A stretch of 54,451 bases of DNA from contig JACCXJ010000280.1 in the NCBI GenBank assembly GCA_013697045.1, positions 1 to 54,451 on the forward strand, read 5' to 3'. The first letter of the stretch is position 1. Every line of letters begins with the position of its first letter. Of this stretch, positions 39,137 through 50,328 are shown piece by piece. The notes under the pieces are model-generated. The model did not search any database and was not told where the DNA came from. It saw nothing but the letters and a program-made list of their open reading frames with translations. Source of the stretch: Gammaproteobacteria bacterium. Lineage in GTDB: Bacteria > Pseudomonadota > Gammaproteobacteria > JACCXJ01. A program made the translations under genes and the position numbers.

Positions 39137-40788
39137 CCGCGCCTTTGCCGGACGCGATACGAGCACCGCAGAGCGCGGCGCTGGGCTACCTCCTAGCCGG
39201 GATGGGCGCCGTCGGCCCGCTCCCGGATGGTCCGTTTCCGGACCGCCGGCTTCGAGATCGCCGCCTGGTAGATCGCTTCCCGGTAGATCGAATGATCCGG
39301 GGCCTGTCCCTGGACAGCCGCAGGACCCGGCCGGGCGATCTGTTCCTGGCACTGCCCGGGGTGCGCTGCCACGGCGGGGACCACATCGCCGAGGCGCTGC
39401 GGGCCGGGGCGGTCGCGGTCGCGATCGATGCCGATTACCCCCAAGCTATCGATGAGGGGGCGAGTGATCACGGGCCTATCGATCAGGGCTCCCTCGACCG
39501 GCAACCGGCCGCGCCGGTCTATCGGATCCATCATCTTCGCGCCCGTGCCGGGGTCATCGCCGGGCGCTTCTTCGGGCAGCCTTCCAGACAGATGCGGGTC
39601 ATCGGCGTCACCGGCACCAACGGCAAGACCTCCGTGACCCATTACCTCGCCGAGGCCCTGAACGGCTCGCCGCGCGCCGCGCCCTGCGGCCTCATCGGCA
39701 CCCTGGGTCATGGGATGTGGGGCGATCTAAGGCGCGCCGACACCACCACCCCCGATGCCGTCACGACCCAGCGCCTGCTCGCCGGGATGCACGCGCGCGG
39801 GGCAGAGAGCGTGGTCATGGAGGCGTCCTCCCACGGTCTGGACGAGGGGCGCGTCGCGGGCGTGGACTTCGATGTCGCGGTGTTCACCAACCTGTCGCGC
39901 GACCACCTGGACTACCACGGCAGCATGCAGAGCTACGGCGAGGCCAAGCGGCGTCTGTTCCAGGACCCGGCGCTCAAGGCCGCCGCGGTGAACCTCGACG
40001 ACCCCTACGGGCGCGACATCGTGGGCGCCCTGCCGGGCTCGGCCCAGGTGTTCGGTTATACACTGGCCGAGCGCGAGTGCCGCGGCCTGCCCGACGCCTG
40101 TGTGTGCGGCCGGCGGCTCGAGACCGGCGATGGCGGCCTATGCCTCGAGGTGATCTCGGTGTGGGGCCGGGGGCGCATCGAGAGCCCCCTCCTCGGCGAG
40201 TTCAATGCCTATAACCTGCTCGCGGCCCTGGCCGCGCTCCTGGCGCTCGGGGAGCCCTTCGCAGAGATCCTGGAGCGGCTGTCGCGGGTGCGTGCCGCGC
40301 CCGGGCGGCTGGAGGTGTTTCGCGGTTCCGACGACGGCCCGGTAGCGGTGGTCGATTACGCCCACACCCCGGATGGGCTCGAAAAGGCCCTGCGCGCCAT
40401 CCGGGGATTGAAAGCCGGGCAGGTGCTATGCGTGTTCGGCTGCGGTGGTGACCGCGACGTCGGCAAGCGGCCCATGATGGGGGCGATCGCGGAGTCGCTT
40501 GCCGATCGCGTGCTCGTCACCAGCGACAACCCGCGCGGCGAGGCGCCGTCCGCCATCATCCATCAGATCCTCGCGGGGATGCGCGCCCCGAGACGCGCCG
40601 CCGTGGAGCCCGATCGCGAGACGGCCATCGCCCGGGCCTTCGCCGAGGCGCGGCCGGGCGATGTGATCCTGGTGGCCGGCAAGGGCCACGAGGACTATCA
40701 GGAGATCGCCGGGCAGCGGCGGCCGTTCAGCGACCGGGACGTCGTGCGGCGCATGGTGGCCGCGACGGCCGGGGGTGGTACGTCGTGA
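39133..40788 (+). CDS. murE: UDP-N-acetylmuramoyl-L-alanyl-D-glutamate--2,6-diaminopimelate ligase
   Basis: GTGA overlap. GVTGTNGKTS P-loop and DNPR motif. N-terminus carries a 15-nt tandem repeat (see findings). Confidence 0.92.
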   Translation: MTAPLPDAIRAPQSAALGYLLAGMGAVGPLPDGPFPDRRLRDRRLVDRFPVDRMIRGLSLDSRRTRPGDLFLALPGVRCHGGDHIAEALRAGAVAVAIDADYPQAIDEGASDHGPIDQGSLDRQPAAPVYRIHHLRARAGVIAGRFFGQPSRQMRVIGVTGTNGKTSVTHYLAEALNGSPRAAPCGLIGTLGHGMWGDLRRADTTTPDAVTTQRLLAGMHARGAESVVMEASSHGLDEGRVAGVDFDVAVFTNLSRDHLDYHGSMQSYGEAKRRLFQDPALKAAAVNLDDPYGRDIVGALPGSAQVFGYTLAERECRGLPDACVCGRRLETGDGGLCLEVISVWGRGRIESPLLGEFNAYNLLAALAALLALGEPFAEILERLSRVRAAPGRLEVFRGSDDGPVAVVDYAHTPDGLEKALRAIRGLKAGQVLCVFGCGGDRDVGKRPMMGAIAESLADRVLVTSDNPRGEAPSAIIHQILAGMRAPRRAAVEPDRETAIARAFAEARPGDVILVAGKGHEDYQEIAGQRRPFSDRDVVRRMVAATAGGGTS

Positions 40789-42146
40789 TCCGCGGGCGTC
40801 TGTCGGACCTCGCCGGCCCGCTGTCAGGGCGCATAACGGGCCCCGATGTGGCCTTCACGGGCTGTGGCACGGACAGCCGCACCCTCGGCGCCAGCGAGCT
40901 GTTCCTGGCCTTGAGCGGGCCGCATCACGACGGCCACGAGTTCGTGGCCGAGGCCCGAAAACGCGGTGCGGCCGCAGCCGTCGTGGAGCGGCCGATCGCG
41001 GTTTCCCTCCCGCTCCTCGTGGTGCCCGACACCCTGGCGGCGCTGGGTTCGCTCGCGGCGCTGTGGCGGGCGCGCTTTCCGATCCCCTTGGTCGCGGTCA
41101 CGGGTAGCAACGGCAAGACCACGGTCAAGGAGATGCTCCTGTCGATCCTGTCCCGGGCCGGGCCCACGGCCGCGACCCGCGGCAACCTGAATAACGAGAT
41201 CGGGGTGCCCCTCTGCCTCTTCGCCCTCGACGACACGCACCGCTACGCGGTCGTCGAGATGGGCGCCAACCACCCCGGCGAGATCGCCCGCCTGTGCCGC
41301 ATCGCAGGCCCGACGGTGGCCGTGCTGACCTGCTGCGCCCCGGCCCACCTCCAAGGCTTCGGGTCCGTGGAGGGGGTGGCGCGCGCCAAGGGCGAGATCT
41401 TCGCGGGCCTCGGCGCCGACGGCGTGGCCGTGATCAATCAGGACGACGACTTCGCGCCCTTGTGGCATACGCTCGCGGGCGAGCGGCGTCGGATCGGTTT
41501 CGGACTGCGTCCCGGCGCCGAGGTCACGGCGCGGCTGAAGCCGAACGGCGACGGGCTCTCCGGCTGCCGATTCCTGCTGGAGACGCCGAGCGGAGCGGCG
41601 GCCGTGCACCTACCGTTACTCGGGACCCACAACGTGCTGAACGCCTGTGCTGCCGCGGCCTGTGCAGAGGCCCTGGGGGTCTCGATCGAGCACACGGTCG
41701 GCGGGCTCGAATCGGTGCAGGCGGTGCACGGGCGACTTACGGCCTATGACGGGCCGCCCGGGGTGCGCGTCTTCGACGACAGCTATAACGCCAATCCCGG
41801 CTCGCTCCGGGCCGCCCTGGAGGTCCTCGCGCATTGCCGCGGGGAGCGCTGGCTGGTGCTCGGCGAGATGGGTGAGCTGGGGGCCGAGTCCCCGAAGCTC
41901 CACCGGGACGCCGGCCACCTGGCCAAGGCGCTCGGTGTCGGGCGGCTGTACGGGCTCGGCGATCTGTGCCGGGAGAGCGTGGCCGGGTTCGGCCCGGGGG
42001 CGCGCCACTTCCCCGACGTCGAATCGCTGCTCGCGGCCCTCAGCGCCGAGCTGCACGCGGGCGTCAACCTGCTCGTCAAGGGCTCGCGCGCCATGCGCAT
42101 GGAGCGTGTGGTCGGCGATCTGCGGCAGACTGAGCACCCCTGCTGA
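40785..42146 (+). CDS. murF: UDP-N-acetylmuramoyl-tripeptide--D-alanyl-D-alanine ligase
   Basis: GTGA overlap. VTGSNGKTTVKEM. Position after murE. Confidence 0.92.
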   Translation: MIRGRLSDLAGPLSGRITGPDVAFTGCGTDSRTLGASELFLALSGPHHDGHEFVAEARKRGAAAAVVERPIAVSLPLLVVPDTLAALGSLAALWRARFPIPLVAVTGSNGKTTVKEMLLSILSRAGPTAATRGNLNNEIGVPLCLFALDDTHRYAVVEMGANHPGEIARLCRIAGPTVAVLTCCAPAHLQGFGSVEGVARAKGEIFAGLGADGVAVINQDDDFAPLWHTLAGERRRIGFGLRPGAEVTARLKPNGDGLSGCRFLLETPSGAAAVHLPLLGTHNVLNACAAAACAEALGVSIEHTVGGLESVQAVHGRLTAYDGPPGVRVFDDSYNANPGSLRAALEVLAHCRGERWLVLGEMGELGAESPKLHRDAGHLAKALGVGRLYGLGDLCRESVAGFGPGARHFPDVESLLAALSAELHAGVNLLVKGSRAMRMERVVGDLRQTEHPC

Positions 42147-42156
42147 CAAGGCACGG

Positions 42157-42303
42157 AGTCATGCTAAATCGAAATCATTCGTCACCCCGGCAGGGATTGC
42201 CGGGGTCCAGGATGCAGGACAGCACCTACGTCCCTGTACTCTGGATTCCGGCAATCCATGCCGGAATGACGTGCCTGTTTGAATCTTCTTGACTGACTAC
42301 TAG
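42157..42303 (-). mobile_element. MITE-like repeat, copy A (one terminal inverted repeat truncated)
   Basis: Reverse complement of copy B at 52362-52540, minus a 24-nt internal segment. Right end CTTGACTGACTACTAG is intact; the left end retains only AGTCATG. Two 9-bp hairpins: 42184-42206 and 42245-42267. Confidence 0.8.
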
Positions 42304-42308
42304 CACCG

Positions 42309-43391
42309 ATGCTGCTCTTCCTGACCGAGTATCTCATGCGCTACGAGAGCGGCTTTCGCGTCTTCAGGTACCTCACGTTGCGAACCATCCTCGGGGTGCT
42401 CACGGCGCTCGCGATCGCGCTTCTGGTGGGGCCATTCATGATCCGGCGGCTGTCCCACCATCAGATGGCCCAGAGCATCCGCGACGACGGGCCCAAGACC
42501 CACCTCGCCAAGGCCGGCACGCCCACCATGGGCGGGCTCCTGATCCTGGTGTCCATCACCGCCGCCACGCTGCTCTGGTCCGACCTCGGCAACCGCTTTA
42601 CCTGGGTGGCGCTCGGCGTGACCTTGTCCTTCGGGGCCCTCGGCTGGGTGGATGACCACCGCAAGGTCATCTATCGCGACCCCAACGGTCTCGGCGCCCG
42701 CTACAAGTTCCTGTGGCAGACGCTGTTCGGCCTGTGCGCGGCCGGGTTCCTGTATGCCACCGCCGGGTCGCCGACCGAGACGCAATTGATCCTGCCCTTC
42801 GTCAAAACCGTGGCGATCGACCTCGGGTGGTTCTTCATCGTGCTGTGCTGGTTCTTCATCGTCGGCATGAGCAACGCCGTGAACCTGACCGACGGGCTCG
42901 ACGGGCTCGCCATCCTGCCGACCGTGATGGTTGCCGGGGCCCTCGGGATATTCGCCTACGTGGCCGGCAACGCGAAGATCTCGGCCTATCTCGGCGTGCC
43001 CTATGTGGCCGGCGTCGGGGAGATCAGCATCTTTTGCGGGGCCATAACCGGCGCGGGCCTGGGGTTCCTGTGGTTCAACACTTACCCGGCCCAGGTGTTC
43101 ATGGGTGACATCGGCGCCCTGGCCCTGGGGGCGGCGCTCGGGGTGGTCGCGATCATGGTGCGGCAGGAGGTGGTGCTCGCCATCATGGGCGGGCTTTTCG
43201 TGATGGAGACCGTGTCGGTGATCCTGCAGGTGGCGTCCTTCAAGCTCACCGGGCGCCGCATCTTCAACATGGCGCCCCTGCACCATCACTACGAGCTGAA
43301 GGGCTGGCCGGAACCCCGGGTGTCCGTGCGCTTCTGGATCATCACCGTAGTGCTCGTGCTCATCGGCCTCTCGAGCCTCAAGATCCGCTGA
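42309..43391 (+). CDS. mraY: phospho-N-acetylmuramoyl-pentapeptide transferase
   Basis: 360 aa polytopic membrane protein. [20 protein letters not shown], conserved HHH motif (PLHHHYE). Confidence 0.95.
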   Translation: MLLFLTEYLMRYESGFRVFRYLTLRTILGVLTALAIALLVGPFMIRRLSHHQMAQSIRDDGPKTHLAKAGTPTMGGLLILVSITAATLLWSDLGNRFTWVALGVTLSFGALGWVDDHRKVIYRDPNGLGARYKFLWQTLFGLCAAGFLYATAGSPTETQLILPFVKTVAIDLGWFFIVLCWFFIVGMSNAVNLTDGLDGLAILPTVMVAGALGIFAYVAGNAKISAYLGVPYVAGVGEISIFCGAITGAGLGFLWFNTYPAQVFMGDIGALALGAALGVVAIMVRQEVVLAIMGGLFVMETVSVILQVASFKLTGRRIFNMAPLHHHYELKGWPEPRVSVRFWIITVVLVLIGLSSLKIR

Positions 43392-44749
43392 TGCCGGCAA
43401 TGACCCACCCCGGCACCGTGATCGTCGGCCTCGGCGCGACCGGGCTGTCCGCTGCCCGCTTCCTGGCTCGGCACGGGGAGGCGTTCGCGGTCACCGACAG
43501 CCGCTCCTGCCCACCGGGGCTCGCGGACTTCGACCGGGAGTTCCCCGAGGCCACGCGCGTGCTGGGCGGCTTCGACCGAGCCCTCTGCCTCACGGCCCGC
43601 CGCCTGATCGTGAGCCCCGGTGTGGCGCTCTCTGAGCCGGTGCTGTTGGAGGCCCGGGCGCAAGGGATCGAGGTCGTGGGCGACATCGAGGTCTTCGCCC
43701 GTCATGCCCGGGCGCCGGTGGTGGCGGTGACGGGCACCAACGGCAAGAGCACCGTGACGAGCCTCGTCCAAGAAATGGCGCAGGCCGCGAAGCTCACGGT
43801 GCGTGCCGGCGGCAACCTGGGCCCGCCGGCGCTGGATCTATTGGGCGATGGCGAGCCCGACCTCTACGTGCTGGAGCTGTCGAGCTTCCAGCTCGAGACC
43901 ACGGCATCCCTCAAGCCCACCGCGGCCGTGGTGCTCAACATCACGCCCGACCATAGGGACCGTTACGCGACCATCGATGCCTATGTAAAGGCCAAGCGCC
44001 GGGTGTACCGGGGGGCCGGGACCCGGGTCATCAACCGCGACGACCCGCTGGTCGCGACCATGGCCGAGCCCGATGGACCCGTCGTGAGCTTCACCGTGCA
44101 GGCGCCGGAATCGCGGTGCTTCGGGTTGATCCCAGAGGAGGGTGGGGCTTGGCTCGGCTATGAGGACGAGCGGCTCATGCCGGTGGCCGATCTCCCGATC
44201 CCGGGCCGGCACAACGTCGCCAATGCCTTGGCGGCGCTCGCCCTGGGCACGGCCGTGGGGCTGCCTCGGGGGGCGATGGTCAGCGCGCTCCGTCGTTTCC
44301 ACGGCCTCCCGCACCGCTGCCAATGGGTCGCGCGAGCCACTGGGGTCGATTGGTACAACGATTCCAAAGGCACCAACGTCGGCGCCACCTGCGCCGCGCT
44401 CCGGGGCCTCTGCGCGGAACGTCCGGTGGTCCTTTTGGCTGGCGGTGACGGCAAGGGCGCGGACTTCACGCCCCTGGCCTCGGCTTGCCAATCAGCGGAA
44501 ACGGGCCGGGTGCGCGCCGTGGTGACCCTGGGGCGCGACGGACCCCTGATCGCGCAGGCGCTACAGGGCGTCGTGCCGGTGGCGCGCGCGAGTGACCTGA
44601 CGGATGCGGTATCCCAGGCCGCGGATCTCGCGCGGTCCGGCGATGCCGTGCTCTTGTCCCCGGCCTGCGCCAGCTTCGATATGTTCCGGGACTACGTCGA
44701 GCGCGGCGAGCGCTTCGTCGCCGCGGTCCGCGAGCGGGTGTCGCCGTGA
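43391..44749 (+). CDS. murD: UDP-N-acetylmuramoylalanine--D-glutamate ligase
   Basis: 452 aa. TGATG overlap with mraY. VTGTNGKSTVT. Confidence 0.92.
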   Translation: MPAMTHPGTVIVGLGATGLSAARFLARHGEAFAVTDSRSCPPGLADFDREFPEATRVLGGFDRALCLTARRLIVSPGVALSEPVLLEARAQGIEVVGDIEVFARHARAPVVAVTGTNGKSTVTSLVQEMAQAAKLTVRAGGNLGPPALDLLGDGEPDLYVLELSSFQLETTASLKPTAAVVLNITPDHRDRYATIDAYVKAKRRVYRGAGTRVINRDDPLVATMAEPDGPVVSFTVQAPESRCFGLIPEEGGAWLGYEDERLMPVADLPIPGRHNVANALAALALGTAVGLPRGAMVSALRRFHGLPHRCQWVARATGVDWYNDSKGTNVGATCAALRGLCAERPVVLLAGGDGKGADFTPLASACQSAETGRVRAVVTLGRDGPLIAQALQGVVPVARASDLTDAVSQAADLARSGDAVLLSPACASFDMFRDYVERGERFVAAVRERVSP

Positions 44750-45939
44750 TCCCGACCGCAGCGTTACCGGCGAGCCCGGAGGTCTCCGTCGGGCGCGGCA
44801 AGCACCCCTGCGATGTCTATCTCCTCACGGCCTTCGCGGGGCTCGTGATCCTCGGGCTCGTGATGGTGGCCTCGGCCTCGGTCACGGCCGCCGAGAAGGA
44901 TGGCAGAGACGCCCTCTATTTCCTGTGGCGCCAGGCCGTGTCGGTCGGCCTGGGTTTCGGCGTCGCCTATGCCGGCCTTCGGACCCCGACCCGGGTACTG
45001 TGCAAGCTCAGCACCTTCGCACTGTTCCTCGCCATCGCGCTGCTCGCGGCGGTGCTCGTCCCCGGCCTCGGGGTCGAGAGCCACGGCGCCATGCGCTGGC
45101 TGCGCGTCGGCCCGGTGTCCTTCCAGACGAGCGAGGTGGCCAAGGTCCTGGCCATCCTGTACCTCGCCGGTTTCATCGATCGCCACGCCGAGGCGGTACG
45201 GGCCACGACCTCCGGCCTCCTGCGCCCGATCGCCGTCTTGACGATCCTCTGCATGCTCCTGTATGTCGAGCCCGACTACGGCGCCATGGTGGTGCTGATC
45301 GCCACGACCTTGGGGATGCTGTTCCTGGGCGGGGCCTCGATGGCCCGTTTTCTGGCCGTGGGTTCCTTGGCCTTCGCGGCCCTGGGAGTGCTCGCGGTCA
45401 TCAGGCCTCATAGCCTGGCCCGCATCATCAATTTCATGGACCCCTTGGCCAACCCCTTGAGTGGCGGCTTCCAGCTCACTCAGGCGCTCATCGCCTTCGG
45501 GCGCGGGGAGTGGTTCGGCGTCGGCCTGGGCGGCAGCGTCCAGAAGCTCTTCTACTTGCCGGAGGCGCACACCGATTTCATCTTCGCGGTCATCGCCGAG
45601 GAGCTCGGGCTCCTGGGCACGATCTCGTGCATCGCGACCTTTATCGTCATCGTGTGGCGGGCGTTCGTCATCGGCGCCAAGGCCGAACGCGCCGGATGCG
45701 TCTTTTCCGCCAATCTCGCCTATGGCCTCGGCCTGCTCATCGGGCTGCAGGCGTTCGTCCACATGGGCGTCAACATGGGGGCGCTGCCGACCAAGGGTCT
45801 GACCCTGCCGCTCGTGAGCTACGGCGGCAACAGCATGATCGCGACCTTTGCGGCCTTCGGTCTCCTGTTCCGCATCGACCGCGAGACGCGCTTCCCGGCG
45901 CGGTCCGCGGCCCGAACCCGAGGCCGTTATGGCGCGTGA
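44746..45939 (+). CDS. ftsW: peptidoglycan glycosyltransferase FtsW (SEDS family)
   Basis: GTGA overlap. Polytopic. FQTSEVAKV, PEAHTDFIFAVI, SYGGNSM. Confidence 0.92.
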   Translation: MIPTAALPASPEVSVGRGKHPCDVYLLTAFAGLVILGLVMVASASVTAAEKDGRDALYFLWRQAVSVGLGFGVAYAGLRTPTRVLCKLSTFALFLAIALLAAVLVPGLGVESHGAMRWLRVGPVSFQTSEVAKVLAILYLAGFIDRHAEAVRATTSGLLRPIAVLTILCMLLYVEPDYGAMVVLIATTLGMLFLGGASMARFLAVGSLAFAALGVLAVIRPHSLARIINFMDPLANPLSGGFQLTQALIAFGRGEWFGVGLGGSVQKLFYLPEAHTDFIFAVIAEELGLLGTISCIATFIVIVWRAFVIGAKAERAGCVFSANLAYGLGLLIGLQAFVHMGVNMGALPTKGLTLPLVSYGGNSMIATFAAFGLLFRIDRETRFPARSAARTRGRYGA

Positions 45940-47038
45940 CGCGACCAACCAAGATAATAATTTGGGGCTCATGCTCATGGCCGGGGGCACCGGCGGGCAC
46001 GTGTTCCCGGCGCTCGCGGTGGCTGAGCACCTGCGTGCCTCGGGGGTGCCGCTCACCTGGCTCGGGACCGGCCGCGGGCTCGAGGCGACGCTCGTGCCGC
46101 GTGCAGGCTATCCGTTCACGGCGGTGAGCGCGCGAAGCCTGCGCCGAACCGGTCTGCTCAAGCAGCTCGCCGCGCCGCTGTGGCTCGTGCTCGCGTTGAT
46201 CGAATGCCTGTGGCTCCTGCGGCGCCAGAAGCCGGGCGCGGTGCTGGGCATGGGCGGCTACGCGAGCGGCCCCGGCGGTCTCGCGGCGTGGCTCATGCGC
46301 ATCCCGCTCTTGATCCACGAGCAGAACGCGGTGCCCGGCGTGACCAACCGCCTCTTGGCGGCGTTCGCGACGCGCGTCATGGAGTCCTTTCCCGACAGCT
46401 TCCCGGCGCGCCGTAGCGCGCTCTGCACCGGCAACCCGGTGCGGGCCGAGGTCGCTGCCCTGGCGTCGGCTCTGGCACGAGGGCCCGGCCCGGGCGGCGC
46501 GCTGCGGTTGCTCGTGGTCGGCGGCAGCCAGGGGGCCGCGGCCCTGAACCGGGTGGTGCCCGAGGCTATTGCGCGGATGCCCGGACGCGCAATCGAGGTC
46601 TGGCACCAGGTGGGCCGTCTGGACGGGGGCGAGACCGGGAAGCGTTACGCGGCGCTCGGGATCGAGGCGAGAGTCGAGCCCTTCATCGAGGACGTCGCCG
46701 CGGCCTATGCCTGGGCCGGGCTCTGCCTGTGCCGCGCCGGTGCCTCCACTGTCTTCGAGCTGTGCGCCGCCGGGGCACCGGCCATCCTGGTCCCCTATCC
46801 CTACGCCGTGGACGACCACCAGGGCGCCAACGCCCGTTATCTCGCCGAGCGCGGCGCGGCGATCCTCCTGCTGCAAGGGGACCTGGATGAGACGGCGCTC
46901 GCCGCGCTCCTTGGCGCGCTCCGCGACGACCCCGCGCGCCTGGCCGGAATGGCGGCAGAGGCCCGGCGCCTGGCCCGCCCCGAGGCCACGGCGAGAGTCG
47001 CAGCAGAGTGCCTGGAGGTCCTGCATGCGCGCGCTTGA
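45929..47038 (+). CDS. murG: undecaprenyldiphospho-muramoylpentapeptide beta-N-acetylglucosaminyltransferase
   Basis: ATG at 45929. [24 protein letters not shown]. Confidence 0.92.
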   Translation: MARDATNQDNNLGLMLMAGGTGGHVFPALAVAEHLRASGVPLTWLGTGRGLEATLVPRAGYPFTAVSARSLRRTGLLKQLAAPLWLVLALIECLWLLRRQKPGAVLGMGGYASGPGGLAAWLMRIPLLIHEQNAVPGVTNRLLAAFATRVMESFPDSFPARRSALCTGNPVRAEVAALASALARGPGPGGALRLLVVGGSQGAAALNRVVPEAIARMPGRAIEVWHQVGRLDGGETGKRYAALGIEARVEPFIEDVAAAYAWAGLCLCRAGASTVFELCAAGAPAILVPYPYAVDDHQGANARYLAERGAAILLLQGDLDETALAALLGALRDDPARLAGMAAEARRLARPEATARVAAECLEVLHARA

Positions 47039-48458
47039 AGGCCACCCTATGGGGCGCGTCCGGCGCATCCATTTCATCGGGATCGGGGGCGCGGGGATGA
47101 GCGGGATCGCGGAGGTCCTGCACAACCTCGGCTATGAGGTGACGGGATCGGACCTCTGCCGCGGCGCCGGCACCGAACGCCTCACGCGGCTCGGGGTCCC
47201 GGTGGCCCTCGGGCACGACAGTGAAGCGGTCTCGGGCAGCGATGTGGTGGTGGTGTCGAGCGCGGTCCCCGAAGACAACCCCGAGCTCTCTGCCGCGCGC
47301 TTGCGGCGCATCCCGGTGGTACGGCGCGCCGAGATGCTGGCCGAGCTGATGCGCTTCCGCCATGGCATCGCGGTGGCCGGCACCCACGGCAAGACCACGA
47401 CGACGAGCCTCATCGCCAGCCTCCTGGCCGAGGGCGGGCTCGACCCGACCTTCGTGATCGGCGGGCGGTTGACCAGCGCCGGGAGCCATGCACGCCTGGG
47501 GGCGGGGCGTTATCTGGTCGCCGAGGCCGACGAGAGCGACGCCTCGTTCCTATCCCTGCACCCCATGATCTCGGTGGTCACCAACATCGACGCCGATCAC
47601 ATGGGCACCTATGGCGGGGACTTCGACCGGCTCAAGCGCGCCTTCGTCGATTTCCTGCACCACCTGCCCTTCTACGGGTTGGCGGTGGTATGCACCGACG
47701 ACCCGGTGGTGCGCGAGCTCCTGCCCGAGATGGCGCGCCCGTTGTTGACCTACGGGATCGATACGCCCGCCGACCTCATGGCCGCCGATATCCTGGTCCA
47801 TGAGGGCGCCACGGCCTTCCGGGTGTGCGCGGAGGGCCGGCCCGACCTCGATCTGACGCTCAACCTTCCCGGCAAACATCAGGTCTTGAACGCGCTCGCG
47901 GCCGTGGCGGTGGCGCGGGTGCTGGACGTGCCCGACGAGGCCATCCACCGCGCGCTGCTGCGCTTCGAGGGCATCGCGCGCCGCTCGCAGGTCGTGGGCG
48001 ATCTCGCGATCGGCGGCGCCCGGATGCTGCTCATCGACGACTACGGGCACCACCCGCGCGAGATCGCGGCGACCTTGGAAGCGATCCGCGCCGGATGGCC
48101 GGGCCGACGCCTGGTCGTGTGCTTCCAGCCGCACCGCCACACCCGCACTCATGACCTCTTCGGGGACTTCACACGGGTCCTGTCCCTGCCCGACGCCTTG
48201 GTCCTCTGCGACACCTACGCGGCCGGCGAGGCGCCCATCCCCGGATCGGACACCGCGAGCCTGTGCCGCGCGATCCGCGCGCAGGGCAGGGTCGATCCCG
48301 TGCATCTGGGCGTCCCGAGCGAGCTGTTACCGGTCCTGCCCGGGCTCGTCCGCGACGGCGACATCGTGCTCACCCTAGGGGCCGGCAGCATCGGTACGCT
48401 TGCCTCCCTCTTGCTGCGCGAGCTCGGCGCCGAACGGCGGTGTGCGGTCGGATGCTAA
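47025..48458 (+). CDS. murC: UDP-N-acetylmuramate--L-alanine ligase
   Basis: ATG at 47025 (GGAGG 6 nt upstream) or 47049. [29 protein letters not shown]. Confidence 0.92.
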   Translation: MRALEGHPMGRVRRIHFIGIGGAGMSGIAEVLHNLGYEVTGSDLCRGAGTERLTRLGVPVALGHDSEAVSGSDVVVVSSAVPEDNPELSAARLRRIPVVRRAEMLAELMRFRHGIAVAGTHGKTTTTSLIASLLAEGGLDPTFVIGGRLTSAGSHARLGAGRYLVAEADESDASFLSLHPMISVVTNIDADHMGTYGGDFDRLKRAFVDFLHHLPFYGLAVVCTDDPVVRELLPEMARPLLTYGIDTPADLMAADILVHEGATAFRVCAEGRPDLDLTLNLPGKHQVLNALAAVAVARVLDVPDEAIHRALLRFEGIARRSQVVGDLAIGGARMLLIDDYGHHPREIAATLEAIRAGWPGRRLVVCFQPHRHTRTHDLFGDFTRVLSLPDALVLCDTYAAGEAPIPGSDTASLCRAIRAQGRVDPVHLGVPSELLPVLPGLVRDGDIVLTLGAGSIGTLASLLLRELGAERRCAVGC

Positions 48459-49384
48459 CCGCGCGTAGGTCATCGAGGGAGGCTCCGGCGGGCACGGGTG
48501 TCGCCGGGGTGCGCGGCGAGCTCCGCTGCGACGAGCCCATGGCGCGCCACACCTCGTGGCGTGCCGGTGGTCGTGCACGGCGCTTCTTCGTCCCGGCCGA
48601 CGCCGAGGACCTGGTGCAATTCCTCCGCGGCACACCGAGTGAGGAGCCGCTTCTGTGGGTAGGGCTCGGGAGCAACCTCCTGGTGCGCGACGGGGGGCTC
48701 AGCGGCACGGTGATCAGCACGGCGCGCTTGAACGCCTGCTGCGTCATCGACGAAGGGGCGATCGTTGCCGAGGCCGGCGCCACCTGCGCACGCATCGCCA
48801 GATGGGCCGCGCAGCTCGGTCTCACCGGAGCGGAGTTCCTGGCCGGGATCCCCGGTACCTTGGGCGGGGCGCTCTGCATGAACGCCGGGGCCTTCGGCGG
48901 GGACACCTGGGGACTCATCGGATCGGTCGAGACCATCGACCGACGGGGCGAGCGCCGCCACCGCGCTCGCCCGGACTTCGAGATCGGCTATCGCGAGGTG
49001 CGCGGGCCGGCGGACGAGTGGTACCTGAGCGCAGAGCTGGTGCTCGCGCCCGATCCAGAGGGCGGCGGCCTCGATCGCATCAAGGCGTTGCTCGGCCGGC
49101 GCGCCGGGACCCAACCCATGGGTCAGCCGAGCTGCGGATCGGTATTCCAGAACCCCCCCGGCGACCACGCCGCGCGGTTGATAGACGCCTCCGGGCTCAA
49201 GGGTTTGTCCATCGGCAATGCCGTCGTGTCCGAAAAGCACGCCAACTTCATCGTTAACCGCGGCGGGGCGACGGCCACCGACATCGAGGCCCTCATCGAG
49301 CATGTGCGAGGCACGGTGGCCGAGCGCCAAGGGGTGTGGCTGAAACCGGAGGTGCGGATCGTGGGCGAGGGCCCCAAGGCATGA
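48452..49384 (+). CDS. murB: UDP-N-acetylenolpyruvoylglucosamine reductase
   Basis: ATG at 48452 overlapping the murC stop. FAD-binding [10 protein letters not shown]; SCGSVFQNP. Confidence 0.9.
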   Translation: MLTARRSSREAPAGTGVAGVRGELRCDEPMARHTSWRAGGRARRFFVPADAEDLVQFLRGTPSEEPLLWVGLGSNLLVRDGGLSGTVISTARLNACCVIDEGAIVAEAGATCARIARWAAQLGLTGAEFLAGIPGTLGGALCMNAGAFGGDTWGLIGSVETIDRRGERRHRARPDFEIGYREVRGPADEWYLSAELVLAPDPEGGGLDRIKALLGRRAGTQPMGQPSCGSVFQNPPGDHAARLIDASGLKGLSIGNAVVSEKHANFIVNRGGATATDIEALIEHVRGTVAERQGVWLKPEVRIVGEGPKA

Positions 49385-50328
49385 GTAACGGGATGAGTCA
49401 CTTCGGCAAGGTCGCGGTGCTGATGGGCGGCCGCTCCGCGGAGCGGGCTATCTCCCTCGAGAGCGGTGGGGCGGTGCTGCAGGCGCTCACGCGGCAGGGG
49501 ATCGAGGCGCAGGGATTGGAGCCCGACGCCGAGGGCCTCGGACGCCTCGCCGCGGGCGAGTTCGACCGCGTGTTCATCGCGCTGCACGGCCGGGGCGGGG
49601 AGGATGGCAGCATCCAGGGGGCGATCGAGACCCTGGGGGTGCCCTACACGGGCAGCGGGGTCCTCTGCTCGGCCGTGGCCATGGACAAGCGCCTGGCCAA
49701 ATACGTGTGGCTCGGTGCGGGGCTGCCGACGCCGCCGTTCGTCGAGTTGGACGCCGGTTTCGACCCGCATCGGGTGGTCGAGTCGCTGGGCCTGCCGCTC
49801 ATGGTCAAGCCGGCCCGCGAGGGCTCGAGCCTCGGCGCCTCCCAGGTGGTCGAGACCACCGGGCTCGGGCCGGCCTACACCCTCGCCGCCTCGTTCGATG
49901 AAAGGGTCATCGCCGAGCGCTGGATCACGGGGGCCGAGTACACGGCCGGGGTGCTGGGTGAAGAGGCCCTGCCGCTCATCCGGCTCGAGACCCCGCGCCT
50001 GTTCTACGACTATGAGGCCAAGTATCACGACCATCGCACCCGCTACCTCTGCCCCGCGGGGCTGTCCGAGGCCACCGAGCGGGAACTACAGGCGCTCGCG
50101 CTACGGGCCTTCCGGGCCCTCGACGGCCGCGGCTGGGGGCGCGTCGATTTCGTGGTCGATGGCGAGGGGCGGCCGTGGCTCATCGAGGTCAACACCGTCC
50201 CGGGGATGACCGGCCACAGCCTCGTCCCCATGGCCGCCAAGGCAGCGGGGCTGCCGTTCGAGGCGCTGGTGGTGCGCATCCTGGAGACTGCAAGGGTCGG
50301 GACGGCGCCTGGCGGGAGGGCTTCATGA
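49381..50328 (+). CDS. ddl: D-alanine--D-alanine ligase
   Basis: ATGA overlap. [19 protein letters not shown]-grasp, EVNTVPGMT. Confidence 0.92.
   Translation: MSNGMSHFGKVAVLMGGRSAERAISLESGGAVLQALTRQGIEAQGLEPDAEGLGRLAAGEFDRVFIALHGRGGEDGSIQGAIETLGVPYTGSGVLCSAVAMDKRLAKYVWLGAGLPTPPFVELDAGFDPHRVVESLGLPLMVKPAREGSSLGASQVVETTGLGPAYTLAASFDERVIAERWITGAEYTAGVLGEEALPLIRLETPRLFYDYEAKYHDHRTRYLCPAGLSEATERELQALALRAFRALDGRGWGRVDFVVDGEGRPWLIEVNTVPGMTGHSLVPMAAKAAGLPFEALVVRILETARVGTAPGGRAS

Noticed and set aside
42300-47125. Series of long minus-strand ORFs (42300..43400, 44764..46056, 45770..47125)
   Set aside because: They are antisense to mraY, ftsW and murG, all of which carry clear catalytic motifs on the plus strand. 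They are GC-rich shadow frames.
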